Assembly: GCA_964453605.1 (NCBI GenBank)
Contig: CAYVOI010000001.1
Location: forward strand, 310,029 to 374,028
From: an uncultured Gammaproteobacteria bacterium
GTDB taxonomy: Bacteria > Patescibacteriota > Patescibacteriia > Veblenbacterales > UBA10138
Reading direction: 5' to 3'
DNA length: 64,000 nt
The position numbers and the translations under genes are program-made. Positions 62,220 to 64,000 of the stretch are shown in pieces (positions within the stretch are counted from its first letter, which is position 1; each line of letters begins with the position of its first letter). Below the pieces are notes generated by a model. It did no database searches and had not been told where the DNA came from. It saw only the letters and a program-made list of their open reading frames with translations.

Positions 62220-63368
62220 ATGTGGCGTAAGCTCATTGAGCTGTGGCGTAGCCTGGACGGCACGCTCTTAGCCCTCACCGCCTCGCTCCTGGCCTTGGGG
62301 CTAGCCGCCATTTACTCCAGCTCACTGTCGCAGCCTGAGCTCTCTAGCCTCTTGGCCCGCCAGCTCGTGGGTGTGGCGGTGGGGGTGGTAGCTCTGGTGG
62401 CGTGCGCCAGCTTTGACTACCGCCACTACCGTGCTTGGTCGAGGCTCATCTACGTGGTGGCGCTCGGGCTCTTGGTAGTAGTGCTGCTGTTGGGGCACAC
62501 GGTTCGTGGCACCACCGGCTGGCTGCGGGTTGGCGCGTTCGGCTTGCAACCAGTGGAGGTGGTGAAGCTGTTGTGGGTTATGAGCTTGGGCAGCTACCTG
62601 GCGCACGTTGGCCCACCGCTGACCTGGCGGAAAACCTTGGTCAGCGGCCTACTCTTAGCGCCGCTCTTTATCCTCGTGCTGCTGCAACCCGATTTTGGTT
62701 CGGCTGCGGTACTGGCTATGGCCGGTTTTGCTATGCTCGTCGCTATGCCTAAGCCCAAGCGCTGGTGGTTGGGGATGGCAGTGCTCCTCGTGCTGGCCGC
62801 CGGCGCCGGCAGTGTTTTCCTGAAAGACTACCAGCGCGCGCGCCTGCGCACGTTCTTTAACCCCAGGGCCGACGTCTTAGGCAGCGGCTACAACGTCACC
62901 CAGTCGGTAGTGGCAGTGGGCGCCGGTGGTTTCTGGGGGAGGGGCCTGGGGCTTGGCACCCAGAGCCAGCTCCACTTTTTGCCGGAGCAGCAGACTGACT
63001 TTATTTTTGCTTCCCTGGCTGAGGAACTTGGGTTTTTAGGTGCTGGCCTGGTGATTGCCCTGTGGCTAGCGTTCTTCCTGCGCCTCACCTGGCTCATCCG
63101 CCGCCTCCGGGACGACTACGCCGTGTTCATAGCCATTGGCATTTTTACTACCTTGGCGGTACAGGTAGCCTTGAACATTGGCATGAACTTAGGCGTGGCT
63201 CCAGTGGTAGGGTTAACCTTGCCGTTTTTAAGCTTTGGCAGCTCGTCTCTCGTGGTGAGTCTGGCCGCCGTAGGCGTGCTCGAGAACCTGGCGCGTACCT
63301 ATGGCCGCATGGCACCTCAGGAAGCGGTCGGGAGTATTGACAGGGGAGCGGAAGTGGTGCTACACTAG
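62220..63368 (+). CDS. SEDS-family peptidoglycan glycosyltransferase (FtsW/RodA/SpoVE)
   Basis: 10-TM pattern. Conserved SEDS segments (QPVEVVKL, LLQPDFGSA, ...GGFWGRGLG..Q...LPE..TDFIF). Confidence 0.75.
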   Translation: MWRKLIELWRSLDGTLLALTASLLALGLAAIYSSSLSQPELSSLLARQLVGVAVGVVALVACASFDYRHYRAWSRLIYVVALGLLVVVLLLGHTVRGTTGWLRVGAFGLQPVEVVKLLWVMSLGSYLAHVGPPLTWRKTLVSGLLLAPLFILVLLQPDFGSAAVLAMAGFAMLVAMPKPKRWWLGMAVLLVLAAGAGSVFLKDYQRARLRTFFNPRADVLGSGYNVTQSVVAVGAGGFWGRGLGLGTQSQLHFLPEQQTDFIFASLAEELGFLGAGLVIALWLAFFLRLTWLIRRLRDDYAVFIAIGIFTTLAVQVALNIGMNLGVAPVVGLTLPFLSFGSSSLVVSLAAVGVLENLARTYGRMAPQEAVGSIDRGAEVVLH

Positions 63369-63392
63369 CGCGGTAGGTTAAGGCACATTCCT

Positions 63393-63704
63393 ATGCAGCC
63401 CAGGCGAAAACCACACCACTTTTCAGGCGACGGCTTGCGGCTTATTTCATACTGTCCACTGTGCGAGCGGTCCTACAACCCGCTCAAGGCCAGGGTCTTA
63501 GAGGAGCGCGATGACGCCCACCTCGTACACATGCAGTGCGCCGCCTGCGGGAGCTCTATTGTGGCCCTTATTTTGAGCTCCAGTGTAGGCCTAACCTCGG
63601 TCGGGCTTATTACCGACCTCACCGGTGACGACGTGCTCCACTTTAAAGACGTTGGTCAGGTGAGCGCCGATGAAGTTTTAGAACTCCACAACCTCTTGTC
63701 GTAA
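63393..63704 (+). CDS. Hypothetical zinc-ribbon protein (103 aa)
   Basis: CPLCER...CAACGS pairs. Confidence 0.35.
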   Translation: MQPRRKPHHFSGDGLRLISYCPLCERSYNPLKARVLEERDDAHLVHMQCAACGSSIVALILSSSVGLTSVGLITDLTGDDVLHFKDVGQVSADEVLELHNLLS

Positions 63705-63723
63705 CCGTTTTTTATTTTATCCT

Positions 63724-64000
63724 ATGACTACGCTGGCTGTTACCTCACGCTCTATCACCGGAAAGCTGGTGCGTTCACTCAGGCACCGGGGCGCTATTCC
63801 CGGTGTTATCTACGGCCACGGTGTTAAGCCCTCGGCCGTTACCATTAACCGTTCTGAGTTTGAAAAGGTGTACCGCCAGGTGGGTGAGAGCACGCTGGTT
63901 GATTTAGTGCTTGACGATAGCAAACCCGTTAAGGTGCTGGTGCAGGAAGTGCAGCACAACCCGACGAGCGGGGCACCAGTGCACGTTGATTTTCACCAGG
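63724..64000 (+). CDS. rplY: 50S ribosomal protein L25/general stress protein Ctc, N-terminal part (runs off window)
   Basis: SRSITGKLVRSLRHRGAIPGVIYGHG... Confidence 0.8.
   Translation, partial: MTTLAVTSRSITGKLVRSLRHRGAIPGVIYGHGVKPSAVTINRSEFEKVYRQVGESTLVDLVLDDSKPVKVLVQEVQHNPTSGAPVHVDFHQ

Noticed and set aside
1-64000. CRISPR array, reverse transcriptase/retron, or integrase/transposase genes
   Set aside because: No regularly spaced direct repeats, no RT (YxDD) or tyrosine/serine recombinase motifs were found in any frame. The only mobile-type signatures are the tRNA-fragment repeats and the two GIY-YIG genes.

Overview
The window is 64 kb of a fairly GC-rich bacterial chromosome with high coding density, almost all on the + strand. 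The organism is probably diderm, because an outer-membrane beta-barrel protein with a signal peptide lies at 37830..38399.

Housekeeping core, called from protein motifs:
- aspS 3' end, a YbaK-type deacylase, scpA and scpB, an S11 D-Ala-D-Ala carboxypeptidase, tpiA and a class II aldolase.
- A tRNA cluster (Thr-GGU, Tyr-GUA, Thr-UGU, Trp-CCA) with a short L33 gene, rpmG, that is missing from the ORF track.
- secE-nusG-rplK-rplA, then a thymidylate block (dcd, an NMP-kinase-like gene, dut, an HD hydrolase, thyA, folA, tmk).
- gatB, miaA, thrS with a T-box-like leader, dnaE, a SEDS FtsW/RodA protein and the start of rplY.

Structure the gene track does not explain:
1. Three tRNA genes (Tyr, Trp, Pro), at two loci about 24 kb apart, are followed by partial copies of their own 3' halves that end in CCA. 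These copies sit next to a shared motif (gagtcgaatgccc / gag[tc]cg[ag]gggg) and long hairpins. Two small stand-alone GIY-YIG nuclease genes lie beside these repeats. The second GIY-YIG gene is flanked by an internally deleted tRNA-Pro remnant upstream and the intact tRNA-Pro downstream. This looks like a tRNA-targeting mobile or repeat family, or its integration scars.
2. The otherwise conserved rpmG - tRNA-Trp | secE-nusG-rplK-rplA arrangement is split by about 30.7 kb. The inserted block encodes:
   - an extracytoplasmic thiol-redox set (DsbA-like, an intramembrane CxxC protein, a 10-Cys protein, an HMBD-MauE fusion, MsrB, CcdA, TlpA-like);
   - metal handling (ZIP, MgtA, cupredoxins);
   - an ECF sigma plus MacAB-type efflux module;
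   - HU;
   - AT-rich patches.
   It is a candidate genomic island.

No CRISPR array, reverse transcriptase or classical integrase was seen. Several ORF-track starts use TTG or GTG codons; where a better ATG and ribosome-binding site exist I give those instead.
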